Shown: positions 17,748 to 26,540, numbered from the stretch's first letter. The stretch: 64,000 bases of DNA from an uncultured Chloroflexia bacterium (GCA_963847375.1 CAWJZO010000001.1:1083904-1147903); one strand, 5' to 3'. Notes: generated by a model from the letters alone, not told the origin. Translations and numbers: made by a program.

Positions 17748-18934
17748 ACGTCCTCGTCATCGATCGGTCGCCACCAGTGAGCCTGCTGCAGGGCAACGCC
17801 CTGATCGGCTACGAGGTCCAGCGACGCCTCGGTCACCATCGCCGCACCCTGGTCGCGCCGGCACCGGGCGGACGCGCGGAAGAAGCGCAGCGCCACCTTG
17901 CCAACGTGTTCGATGCGATCCACCTCGTCCCCCGTCCCCGGCCGGTCGATGCACTCGCGGGATCGGTTGAAGCACTTCTGGCTGATCGCCTGCCGATGCT
18001 GCCGTTCCTCGACCTGCCCGCGGCTCACGAATTCGCGCGCGCCCTGCGCGGTGTGACCCGGCAGGAGAGCTTCGACGTGATTCATGTGCGACAACTGCCC
18101 ATGGCCGGGTTCGGCAAGCGCCTGCCCGGTCCCCGGCTGCTCGAGCTGATCGACTCCGAGACGCTGGGCGCCGAGCGTACCCGTCCGGCGACGGCGAAGA
18201 CGCGGGTCCGCGCCTCGGCTGCCGCGGTGATCGAGCGGCAGGCGATGCGCCGATACCGAGTCGTAACAGCGGTGGCTAAGGCTGACGCCGATCGGCTGCG
18301 CCAGCTCGACCCACGGCGGCGGGTGGAGGTCATCCCGAACGGTGTCGACGCGGACTATTTCCGCCCGCAGCCAACCGTGGCCGCGGACCCGGATACCCTC
18401 GTCTTCGTGGGCGCGATGTCCTACCCCCCGAACGTGGCCGCCATGCGGCACTTCTGTCAGGAGGTGCTGCCCCTCGTCCGACGTGCGCGCCCGTCCGTGC
18501 GCCTGACCATCGTCGGGCGCGACCCGGGTCCGGCGGTGTGGCAGCTGGCCGAGCTCGGCGGGGTCGCCGTCACCGGCGAAGTCGACGATGTGCGCCCGTA
18601 TCTCGTCCGGGCCGCCGTCGTCGTGGTCCCGATGGTGAGCGGGAGTGGGATCAAGAACAAGGTGCTCGAGGCGATGGCGGCCGGCAGGCCGGTCGTCGGT
18701 ACCTCGATGGCGGTCGAAGGGCTGCCGGTCGTCAGTGGGCGCGAGGCCGTGGTGGCGGACGGCCCGGAGCGTCTGGCCGCAGCGATCACGAGCCTGCTCG
18801 CATCCCCGCGGCAGCAGGACGCAATCGGGCAGGCGGCGCGCGCGTTCGTGGAAGAGCGATACACGTGGGACGCATGCGCCGGGGCCTACGATCAGCTCTA
18901 TCGCGAGCTCGCGGCCGCGAGGCGACGCGCGTGA
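17738..18934 (+). CDS. Glycosyltransferase family 4 (GT-B fold)
   Basis: GTG start overlaps the stop of the APH gene (GTGA). C-terminal GT4 signature ...VVPMVSGSGIKNKVLEAMAAGRPVVGT... (E-x7-E region). Confidence 0.8.
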   Translation: MRLNVLVIDRSPPVSLLQGNALIGYEVQRRLGHHRRTLVAPAPGGRAEEAQRHLANVFDAIHLVPRPRPVDALAGSVEALLADRLPMLPFLDLPAAHEFARALRGVTRQESFDVIHVRQLPMAGFGKRLPGPRLLELIDSETLGAERTRPATAKTRVRASAAAVIERQAMRRYRVVTAVAKADADRLRQLDPRRRVEVIPNGVDADYFRPQPTVAADPDTLVFVGAMSYPPNVAAMRHFCQEVLPLVRRARPSVRLTIVGRDPGPAVWQLAELGGVAVTGEVDDVRPYLVRAAVVVVPMVSGSGIKNKVLEAMAAGRPVVGTSMAVEGLPVVSGREAVVADGPERLAAAITSLLASPRQQDAIGQAARAFVEERYTWDACAGAYDQLYRELAAARRRA

Positions 18935-20199
18935 CCGACCGGCCGGCAAGGCGACGCCGGGTCGCCTACATCACGTCGCGCTTCCCGAAACTGTCGGAGA
19001 CGTTTGTCCTGTACGAGATTCTCGCGATCGAGGAGCTCGGGATCGACGTGGACGTGTTCGCCCTCCTGCGCGAGTCGGAGCCGGTGCATCACCAAGAGGC
19101 CGCCCGTCTCGCGGCGCGGGCGTTCTCGGTCAGGCTGGCGTCGTTGCCGGTCCTATCGGCGCAGTTGCACTGGCTGCGCCGCCGACCCCGCGCCTATCTC
19201 ACCGCATGGTGGGATGCCATCCTCGGCAACGTGCGCTCTCCGCGATTCCTGGTGCGAGCCCTCGCCGTCGTTCCGCTGGCCGCGACATTCGCCCGTCGCA
19301 TGAGCGCGTCGGAGGTGGAGCACATCCACGCGCACTGGGCGACGCATCCAACGTTGGCTGCCTACGTCGCGAGCCGTCTTACCGGGATCCCATACAGCTT
19401 CACCGGACACGCCCACGACATCTATGTCGATCGAACGATGCTGCGCGAGAAGATCGCCAGCGCGGCGTTCGTCGTGACCATCTCCGAGTTCAACCGCCGC
19501 TTGCTCGAGCGGCTGTATGGGGCCGTTGCGCGCGATCGCGTCGTCGTCATCCACTGCGGGACCGATCCGCACCTGTTCGAACCGCCGAGCGATCGTCCCG
19601 AGGGGCCCTGGACGATCGTCTGCGTCGCCAGCCTGCAGCCGCAGAAGGGCCAGCGCCACCTCATCGAGGCGTGCCGCCGCCTCGTCGACGACGGCATCGA
19701 CCTGCGCTGCCTGCTGGTCGGCGACGGCGAGACGAGGGGCGACCTGGAGCAGCGCGTCCGTGCCGCGGGGCTCGGAGATCGGGTCGTCCTCCTCGGGCAG
19801 CAGCCGCGTCACCGGGTCGTGGAGGTCCTCGGCGCGGCCGACGCTGTTGCGCAGCCGAGCGTGGTCCTGGCGAGCGGGAAGATGGAAGGCATTCCGGTCG
19901 CGCTGATGGAGGCGATGTCGATGGAGCGCCCTGTCGTGGCGACCGACATCTCGGGGGTCGCGGAGCTCGTCGAGGACGGCGCCACGGGCATCCTCGTTCC
20001 GCCAGGCCACCCGTCCGCCTTGGCATCCGCGCTCCGTACCCTCCATGACGACTCCGCCTTGGCCGCGCGACTGGGGCGTGCTGGCCGCCGGCGCGTCATC
20101 GAGGACTTCGACCTCACCCGCAGCGCGAGAGAGCTTGCCGGGCGCTTCGCCCGCACCGGACCACGTCCGATGCCGCCCCGCTCCGGCCGGGCAGGCTGA
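18931..20199 (+). CDS. Glycosyltransferase family 4 (GT-B fold)
   Basis: GTG start overlaps the previous stop (GTGA). Motifs VVLLGQQP...SGKMEGIPVALMEAMSMERPVVATDISGVAELVEDGATGILVPPG. Confidence 0.8.
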   Translation: MTDRPARRRRVAYITSRFPKLSETFVLYEILAIEELGIDVDVFALLRESEPVHHQEAARLAARAFSVRLASLPVLSAQLHWLRRRPRAYLTAWWDAILGNVRSPRFLVRALAVVPLAATFARRMSASEVEHIHAHWATHPTLAAYVASRLTGIPYSFTGHAHDIYVDRTMLREKIASAAFVVTISEFNRRLLERLYGAVARDRVVVIHCGTDPHLFEPPSDRPEGPWTIVCVASLQPQKGQRHLIEACRRLVDDGIDLRCLLVGDGETRGDLEQRVRAAGLGDRVVLLGQQPRHRVVEVLGAADAVAQPSVVLASGKMEGIPVALMEAMSMERPVVATDISGVAELVEDGATGILVPPGHPSALASALRTLHDDSALAARLGRAGRRRVIEDFDLTRSARELAGRFARTGPRPMPPRSGRAG

Positions 20200-20332
20200 A
20201 AGCCCGTGCTGTATCCTTTTCGGACAAGCTCGATGTCTCCCTGCCGAGCCAGTGGCTACGCCAGGAAGTAGGACCGAGACAGTGCCGCAAGCCGGAAACC
20301 GCCCGCCGACCACTCGCCGCCGACGGCTCCGC

Positions 20333-21625
20333 TCAATGGTCATCTCGATGGTGACCGCCATCACTGTCGTCGGTGCCGGTATCACCGTCGCGTCTGTCTG
20401 GGCGCGTTCATCCGCCGATGCCCCTGACGGAGAGCGGACGGTTGGCGCTCGCGAGCCCGCGTCGACGCCAGGTGACGAGGACGAGTCGCTTGACTTCGTT
20501 CAGCACTCGGCACTCGTGCCGGTGCCGATGCCGACGCCCGCCCCGTCTCTCGAGCTGACGCCATCTACGGTACCGATCGTGCCGACCGGTCCCTCTCAGG
20601 GTGGTGGCGCAGGCCCGGTCTCGGGATCTGGTGGGGCGTTCGCAGCTGCGGACCCACGAGCGGCCGGTGACTTCATCCTCATCTCGCGGAGTCGCCTCCT
20701 CTCGTTGCCGACAAGTGGCGCAGCGTGGAGCCAGCTCAAAGCGGTGGCGGACTCGAACCCTGGTTCGCCCAACCTCTCGGACATGAACCAGGAGAACAAC
20801 GTCCGGGTGCTGGCCAAGGCGATCGTGTTCGCTCGCACCGGAGACGCGAAGTATCGCGCGGACGTGATCGCCAATCTCAAGGCCGCAATCGGCACCGAGG
20901 GCGGCAGCGCGCTGGCCCTGGCGCGTGAGGCCGCCGCCTACGCGCTGGCGGCCGACTTCATCGGCCTGTCCCAAGCCGATTCGTCCTTCGACTCGGGGAC
21001 GTTCCGTCCGTGGCTGGGATCGCTGCTCACCAAGTCGATCGAGAGTCGGACCCTCCGGACCACGCACGAGGAGCGTGCGAATAACTGGGGTACGCACGCC
21101 GGCGCAAGTCGCGCGGCGATCGCCGCGTACCTCGGGAATACGGCCGAGCTCGCGCGCACCGCGCAGGTCTTCCACGGTTGGGTGGGCAACCGCAGCGCAT
21201 ACGCCGGCTTCAGCTTCGGCGATCTGTCGTGGCAGCCCAATCCATCGGCGCCGGTGCCCGTGCTGCCCAGCGGCGCGCGGATGGGCGGCCAGGGCGTCGG
21301 TGGGGCACTACCGGAAGAGATGCGCCGCGGCGGTGACTTCCAGTGGCCTCCGGCGGGGACCGACTATCCATGGGGCGCCCTCGAGGGTGCCGTGCTCCAG
21401 GCGGAGATCCTCCACCGATTCGGATACGACGCATACAACTGGGGTGACGCGGCCCTCCTGCGTGCCGTGCGCTTCTTGTTCGATACGGCCGGCTGGCGGC
21501 CGGCGGGCAACGATCAGTGGGTATTCTGGGTCATCGACTACCGGTACGGATCCGGATATCGGGCGGGCGCGCCGATTTCACCGGGCAAGAACTTCGCATG
21601 GAGCGACTGGCTCTACAGCCGGTAG
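20333..21625 (+). CDS. Secreted (signal-anchored) alginate-lyase-like / alpha-alpha-toroid polysaccharide lyase family protein
   Basis: N-terminal RRRRLRSMVISMVTAITVVGAGITVASVWA signal anchor. An ERANNWGTHAG block resembles the NNH(S)YW catalytic motif of alginate-lyase/heparinase-like lyases. The start is uncertain (ATG 20333; upstream alternatives exist). Confidence 0.4.
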   Translation, partial: SMVISMVTAITVVGAGITVASVWARSSADAPDGERTVGAREPASTPGDEDESLDFVQHSALVPVPMPTPAPSLELTPSTVPIVPTGPSQGGGAGPVSGSGGAFAAADPRAAGDFILISRSRLLSLPTSGAAWSQLKAVADSNPGSPNLSDMNQENNVRVLAKAIVFARTGDAKYRADVIANLKAAIGTEGGSALALAREAAAYALAADFIGLSQADSSFDSGTFRPWLGSLLTKSIESRTLRTTHEERANNWGTHAGASRAAIAAYLGNTAELARTAQVFHGWVGNRSAYAGFSFGDLSWQPNPSAPVPVLPSGARMGGQGVGGALPEEMRRGGDFQWPPAGTDYPWGALEGAVLQAEILHRFGYDAYNWGDAALLRAVRFLFDTAGWRPAGNDQWVFWVIDYRYGSGYRAGAPISPGKNFAWSDWLYSR

Positions 21626-21633
21626 GCTGAGGA

Positions 21634-22026
21634 TCAGCCCAGCGCAACGAGCGCATAGAGGCGAGCCTCCGTGCGACTGAGCACCCAGCCATCCACGACG
21701 ACCGTGCTCCCGGCGGCGTAGTCGGTGCGGATCCGGGCCGCCACCTCGCGTGACGCGCGGCGCGCGGAGGTCGGTACGGTCGGGCCTACGAGGTCGCGGA
21801 CCAGGACGACCCTTCGCGCTTCCGTCGGGTGGGCAGCGAGATAGGAACGACCGAGGCGGGCCGCGCCCTCGCCGTCGGTGATAAGCCCTCGCAGAAGGCT
21901 CGCAGCGTCTCGCCCCGACAGGCGCTCGATGAGCGTCAACAGGCCGCTGGGTCCAAAAGCCACTCCAGCCGCGACGCCGGCTGCCGCAATGAGGAGGCGG
22001 CGTCGGGTGAGGTCGACCGCCGTCAT
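21634..22026 (-). CDS. Small Tat-signal subunit (gluconate-2-dehydrogenase subunit-3-like) partner of the GMC oxidoreductase
   Basis: Start ATG at 22024-22026 overlaps the GMC gene TGA (ATGA). The N-terminus MTAVDLTRRRLLIAAAGVAAGVAFG is a twin-arginine signal. Confidence 0.6.
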   Translation of the reverse strand: MTAVDLTRRRLLIAAAGVAAGVAFGPSGLLTLIERLSGRDAASLLRGLITDGEGAARLGRSYLAAHPTEARRVVLVRDLVGPTVPTSARRASREVAARIRTDYAAGSTVVVDGWVLSRTEARLYALVALG

Positions 22027-23717
22027 CAGGCTGCCGCCTCCAACAGGTGGTCGGCGAGGCGAAGCGCGAGGGCCACGATCGTCAGCGTCGGCGTCGCCGA
22101 TCCCGCGGTCGTGAACACCGAGCTGCCCGCGACGTAGAGGTTGCGCATGCCATGCACGCGGCAGTCGCCGTCGACCACGCCCTGACGCGGGTCCTCGTGC
22201 ATGCGTGTCGTTCCCATGTGATGCCAACCGCCAGCGAGGTCCGCCGGCCATTCTGCGGCATTCTCGTCGATGACGAGGCGCAGGCGCCCCAGGTCCGCCC
22301 GACCGAGCTCCGCACCGAGGAGCTCCGTCGCTCGCACGACGCTGGCCCGGTCGGCGTCCGACAGCTGCCAATCGAGCTCGACCATCGGCATCCCGAGTGC
22401 GTCGCGGTCCCGACCCAGACGGACGCGCGAGTCCGGATTCGGTGTCGGATCGATGCGCGTGGTCACGTCGACCGCCTCGACGGGGATTCGCCCGATGGAT
22501 TCGCCGAACAGGAGCGTCGCGATGTCGCCGAATACCTCGGGGATCAATGCAGCGCGCCCTTCGTCACCGATCGCTGCAGCGGCGACCTCGGGGATCGGGA
22601 CGGGAATCGGTCCACCGAAGGCCAGGAACCGACGCCAGCTCGTCAGGTCGTCGGCGATCCGGTTCGCGTCGTCGAGGAAATCAGCGTCCTCTTCGGCGCG
22701 ACCCGTGAGCCGGCGCAGGGCAGCGCGATCCTCGGCGCCGACGGCGCGGTTGTACCAGGCCGGGAACCGGGGCTCCATCCGAAACTGGATGTCGGCGAGC
22801 TCCTCGACCTCGCGCACTTCCTCGGGCAGCGCCAGGTAGCCGGTGATGCGCGAGTCGCCGGCGTCATGGGTCAGGTAGAACCGCAGGTCGATCTCCGGAT
22901 CGAATGGCACGAAGGTCGCGCCGATGAAGCGCGGGTGCTCGAGGAAGTACCGACCGACAAGGTCCTCGCCATTTCCGACACCCGCCGGGAAGCGATCGGT
23001 CGATGCGAGGAGGAGCCGCGGGGTCTCGATGCCGCCCGCGGCGAGCACGTAGTGTCGAGCGCTCGCGCCGAACTCGACACCTGAGAGGGTGTTCAGCCGA
23101 AGGCCCGAGACGGCGTCGGCCGCGTCGTCGATCTCGATCTCGACGAGGTTGCTGTTCAAGACGACGCGCGCGCCCGACGCCTCGAGATCGTCGCCGTAAT
23201 TGCGCGAGAACCGCCGCCGCGTCGCGCGGACGTTCTGTACGATCCGCGTCTCGACGCGGGCCGCATCCAACGGCAATGGGGGATACGCGCTGCGTTCGAC
23301 CCACACGTCGGTGTCCCACTCGTCTGAGGGCAGTCCGCAGAGCTCACCGGCCCGCGAGTAATACGGATCGAGATCCGAAATGCCGATCGGCCAGCCGCTG
23401 CCCGGGATCCATGGCCGCGCGGACAGATCAAAGGCCTCGAATGGCCGGCACGTCCCGCCCCAGTGGTTGGTCGAGCCACCGAAGTACCGAAGCCGGGCTC
23501 CAGCGAGATCGAAGTAGGGCAGGCCGACGTTCATGCCGCGATAGAGGAGCTGCGTCTCCGTCTCAGCCGCGAGATCACCACTCTCGACCAGCAGCACACG
23601 CATCCCGGCGCCGTCGAGCGCCATCGCGAGCGTGATGCCCGCCGCCCCAGCGCCCACGATGGCGACGTCGGCCTCGAGCACCTCTCCGTTGCCGACACTG
23701 CGGCCATCCACGAACAT
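22026..23717 (-). CDS. GMC-family FAD-dependent oxidoreductase
   Basis: N-terminal FAD fold DVAIVGAGAAGITLAMAL, GGSTNHWGG, and C-terminal GWHHMGTTRM...VDGDCRVHGMRNLYVAGSSVF. Confidence 0.85.
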   Translation of the reverse strand: MFVDGRSVGNGEVLEADVAIVGAGAAGITLAMALDGAGMRVLLVESGDLAAETETQLLYRGMNVGLPYFDLAGARLRYFGGSTNHWGGTCRPFEAFDLSARPWIPGSGWPIGISDLDPYYSRAGELCGLPSDEWDTDVWVERSAYPPLPLDAARVETRIVQNVRATRRRFSRNYGDDLEASGARVVLNSNLVEIEIDDAADAVSGLRLNTLSGVEFGASARHYVLAAGGIETPRLLLASTDRFPAGVGNGEDLVGRYFLEHPRFIGATFVPFDPEIDLRFYLTHDAGDSRITGYLALPEEVREVEELADIQFRMEPRFPAWYNRAVGAEDRAALRRLTGRAEEDADFLDDANRIADDLTSWRRFLAFGGPIPVPIPEVAAAAIGDEGRAALIPEVFGDIATLLFGESIGRIPVEAVDVTTRIDPTPNPDSRVRLGRDRDALGMPMVELDWQLSDADRASVVRATELLGAELGRADLGRLRLVIDENAAEWPADLAGGWHHMGTTRMHEDPRQGVVDGDCRVHGMRNLYVAGSSVFTTAGSATPTLTIVALALRLADHLLEAAA

Positions 23718-23794
23718 CGCTTGCTACCGCAGTCCGGCGGGCGACTCGGCGAGAATGACGGTCGCGAACCTGCCTCGCATTCTACGCTGCCCGC

Positions 23795-24343
23795 ATGCAG
23801 GAACCCCACGACGAGGCAACGCCCGGCGTGCGTGCGTCCTTCGTGCGCCGACTCGTGGCGTTCCTGCTCGATGGCGTCGTGCTCCTCGTGGCGGGCTTTG
23901 CCCTCCTCACGCTCACCACGGCAGCCATCGGTCCCACCGTGCTGGTGGAACTGGAGTCGGCCGCGAGCCCGGTGTCGGAGGTCCGTGCCTGGCGCGTCGT
24001 TCTCAATGCCGCACTGCTCGCGGCGCTGAGCGGCCTGTACTTCGTCATCTCATGGTCACGCTTTGGCTGGACGCCCGGGCAGCGGCTGTTCCGGCTCGTC
24101 GTGCGCGTGGCGTCGCCCGCTGCGGGGATCAGCCCGCGACGGGCCGTGCTTCGGTGGTCGCTGCTGGGAGCACCGCTGGGTCTTGCCGCAGCGCTGACCG
24201 TGAGCGTGCCGCTGCTGTTCCTTGCCGTCCTCGTTGTGTCCTTCGCATGGTTCGCCGTGCTGGTTGTGACCACGCTGCTCAGCCGAACTGGCCGTGGCCT
24301 TCACGATCGGCTGGCCGGCACCACGGTCATCCGCCGCGCCTAG
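23795..24343 (+). CDS. RDD-family membrane protein
   Basis: RRLVAFLLDGVVLLV...GWTPGQRLFRLVV with 3-4 TM helices (RDD domain pattern). Confidence 0.7.
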   Translation: MQEPHDEATPGVRASFVRRLVAFLLDGVVLLVAGFALLTLTTAAIGPTVLVELESAASPVSEVRAWRVVLNAALLAALSGLYFVISWSRFGWTPGQRLFRLVVRVASPAAGISPRRAVLRWSLLGAPLGLAAALTVSVPLLFLAVLVVSFAWFAVLVVTTLLSRTGRGLHDRLAGTTVIRRA

Positions 24344-24358
24344 AGCCCCAGTGACAAA

Positions 24359-24389
24359 GGACGGGTCCGACAGCGTGTCGAGCCCGTCC
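24359..24389. terminator. Bidirectional hairpin between convergent genes (GGACGGGTC-CGACA-GCG-TGTCG-AGCCCGTCC)
   Basis: Nested inverted repeat about 16 bp after the RDD gene stop and 38 bp after the stop of the convergent SLH gene. There is no U-tract, which is common in high-GC genomes. Confidence 0.4.
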
Positions 24390-24426
24390 AGGTGCCTCGT
24401 TGGCGGTGGTCGCTAGCGGGTCTGCC

Positions 24427-26349
24427 TCACTGGGTCTCCGCCCGATGGAGGAAGGCCGCCATCTGGCCGCGGCTCACGACCCGGTCCGGGCAGTACCTCG
24501 TGCCTGCCGGGTTGCAGCCGGTCGTGATCCCGTTGAAGGCCAGGATGTTGATGTTCCGCTCGTGCGTGTTGCCGTTGTCGTCGGTGAAGGCGTTGACGCT
24601 GCCACCGCCGCTCAAGCCGTACGCCCGCACCAGGAACGTGGCCATCTGGTCACGCTCGACGGGCTCGTCGGGGCAGTACTTCGTGCCGCCACCGCCGCAG
24701 CCGGTCGTCAGCCCGTTGAAGGCCAGGATGTTGATGTTCCGCTCGTGCGGGTTGCCGTTGTCGTCGGTGAAGGCGTTGACGCTGCCACCGCCAGTCAGGC
24801 CGCGTGCGCGCACGAGGAACGTCGCCATCTGATCACGGTCGACGTCGTCCTCCGGGCAGAAGAGGGTGCCGCCCTGGTTGCAGCCCGTCGTGATGCCCTC
24901 GTCATGGATCCACACGATGTCCTCGAAGAACCGGTGGGTGGTGGGCACGTCCAGGAACGGACTGCCGCCACTGCCGCTCAGCGCGAGGAAGCCGTGGTAG
25001 TAGCGATCATTCGTGTCACTGCTGGCGATCGCGAGGAGGCCGCTCGTCGACGTCACCGAATGCTTTGCGGTCGAGACGTCGTTGATGTCGTTCGTTCCGT
25101 CCGCGATGAGCGCGGTTCCAAGGCCGGCGGCGTTGAAGCTGAGGGTGCTCAGCGGAGCCGACTTGTAGTAGATGGCCTGATTACCGCCGCCCGAGCTCTC
25201 CGGGGCCGTGTAGAGCACGTAGACCTGATCGTTCGTCTCGTCGACCACGACCTGAGGGCGCGTCACGGACTGTCCTGCACCGACCACCGTGTGCTCGCTC
25301 CAGTCGCCATTGCTGGCGCGCCGATAGAGCTGGATGTGGTTCGGTCCGTCGTTGGTCTTCAGTGCGGCGAGGATGTCTCCGCCGCTCGTCGCAGTCAGCT
25401 TCAGGTTGATGTGGTCTTCGGTGAAGAGGGTGGAGCCGCTGATCGAGTCACCTTGCGCCCAGGTCGTATCACCCGCGCTGTCGGCGTGGGTGAAGAAGTG
25501 GAACGCAGAATCGGGATCGGTGGCGGGTCGGTGCTCGCTCATGAGCACGCCGACGGAGTCGCCGTCAAACGCGATGATCGCGCTGATGTCGTCAGGCCCG
25601 ATGTTGTCGCCGATCTGGAAGGGCGCGCCCCAGGTGTGCTCGTTCGTCGTCGAGCGGTTGATCATGACTTCGCGGTTCGTGGCGTCGACCGGGTTGTCGA
25701 AGGCGACCCACAGCTGGTTGGTCGAGTCCTTCGCGATCGTCACCGTCTCAGCTGGACCCTGGCCGACGACGAGACCATCGTCAATGTCGAGGTCGCCGTC
25801 GACGTCCGATCGGAAATCGGGATCGATCGTGTACGTGTCGCTTCCGGCGTTGTAGCTGAACTTATAGACGATGATCGGGGCGACGTCAGTGTCACCGTTC
25901 ACCGAAGCCACGTAGAGCGCCGAGCCGTCCCAGAGGTAGTCGCCGTGGCTGCTGTTTCGCGGGTCCACGACGGTGCTCGTCGCGGTCCAGGTGTTGTTCG
26001 CGGCGTTGTAGCGATGGATCCGGTTGTCGTCCGAACCATCGACGAATAGCCCGCCCCACCAGGAGCCGTCGGCGAACCAGACCTTCGACTGCGGCTTGTC
26101 CTCGGTCGGCGAGCCGACGCCGGTCCCGTAGGAATGGTCGATGAACCCTGCGTCGACCGGTGCGGCGATCGTCGGTCGAACGATTGCGAGGAGTGACAGG
26201 AGCAGTGCGGCGGTCAGCGCGAGGAACGCGACCTGCCGACGGCGCGCGTGGGCAGCGGAGTACGGACTGGGCACGAGTGCGGGACCCCCATGTGATGTGT
26301 GATGCTGGCGATGACGGGATGAGGCCATTGCGCCGATAGGTCGCGGCAT
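24427..26349 (-). CDS. Secreted BNR/Asp-box-like beta-propeller protein, paralog 3, with three C-terminal S-layer-homology (SLH) domains
   Basis: Signal peptide RRRQVAFLALTAALLLSLLAIVRPTIAAP. Shared SKVWFADGSWWGGLF...KFSYNAGSDTY block and Asp-box-like DSAGDTTW. Three C-terminal repeats F(L/T)D(V/D)...H...I..L...G(I/L)TTGC......CP(D/E)..V.R.QMA(T/A)FL.RA match SLH. Confidence 0.75.
   Translation of the reverse strand: MPRPIGAMASSRHRQHHTSHGGPALVPSPYSAAHARRRQVAFLALTAALLLSLLAIVRPTIAAPVDAGFIDHSYGTGVGSPTEDKPQSKVWFADGSWWGGLFVDGSDDNRIHRYNAANNTWTATSTVVDPRNSSHGDYLWDGSALYVASVNGDTDVAPIIVYKFSYNAGSDTYTIDPDFRSDVDGDLDIDDGLVVGQGPAETVTIAKDSTNQLWVAFDNPVDATNREVMINRSTTNEHTWGAPFQIGDNIGPDDISAIIAFDGDSVGVLMSEHRPATDPDSAFHFFTHADSAGDTTWAQGDSISGSTLFTEDHINLKLTATSGGDILAALKTNDGPNHIQLYRRASNGDWSEHTVVGAGQSVTRPQVVVDETNDQVYVLYTAPESSGGGNQAIYYKSAPLSTLSFNAAGLGTALIADGTNDINDVSTAKHSVTSTSGLLAIASSDTNDRYYHGFLALSGSGGSPFLDVPTTHRFFEDIVWIHDEGITTGCNQGGTLFCPEDDVDRDQMATFLVRARGLTGGGSVNAFTDDNGNPHERNINILAFNGLTTGCGGGGTKYCPDEPVERDQMATFLVRAYGLSGGGSVNAFTDDNGNTHERNINILAFNGITTGCNPAGTRYCPDRVVSRGQMAAFLHRAETQ
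24531..24844. repeat. Intragenic tandem DNA repeat (183-bp period; two copies with a 78/79-nt near-identical core) encoding consecutive SLH domains
   Basis: Copy A 24531-24661 and copy B 24714-24844. The first 79 nt differ at one position. This produces the artefactual repeated plus-strand ORF 24392-24832. Confidence 0.8.
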
Positions 26350-26446
26350 GATAGCCCGATCGTCATGGCCTTGCCACTAGTCGAGCCTTCCACTGGTGCC
26401 GGGGGGCAACGTCAACGCGGTACACTCCGTCATAGTCTGGGGCATT

Positions 26447-26540
26447 GGATTGACGCCCGATGCACTAAACAGATTGACGTCGGGTGTACTACATAGATTG
26501 GAACCTAGGGATTCATCGGTCTCTCTCCGGGGATTAGGCG
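26447..26540. promoter_or_regulatory. Array of GATTGAC/GATTGG/GATTCA/GATTAG direct repeats (two ~24-bp imperfect copies plus three partial ones) in a divergent promoter region
   Basis: GGATTGACGcccgatgcactaaaca / aGATTGACGtcgggtgtactacata / GATTGGaacc / GATTCatcgg / GATTAGgcg. Local GC is lower than in the flanks. The site lies between the SLH-propeller gene (start 26349, minus) and the Zn-ribbon gene (start ~26540, plus). Confidence 0.4.

Noticed and set aside
24392-24832. 146-aa plus-strand ORF with an internal repeat (ARMLMFRSC.LPLSSVKALTLPPP x2)
   Set aside because: It is an artefact of the tandem SLH-encoding DNA repeat on the opposite strand.
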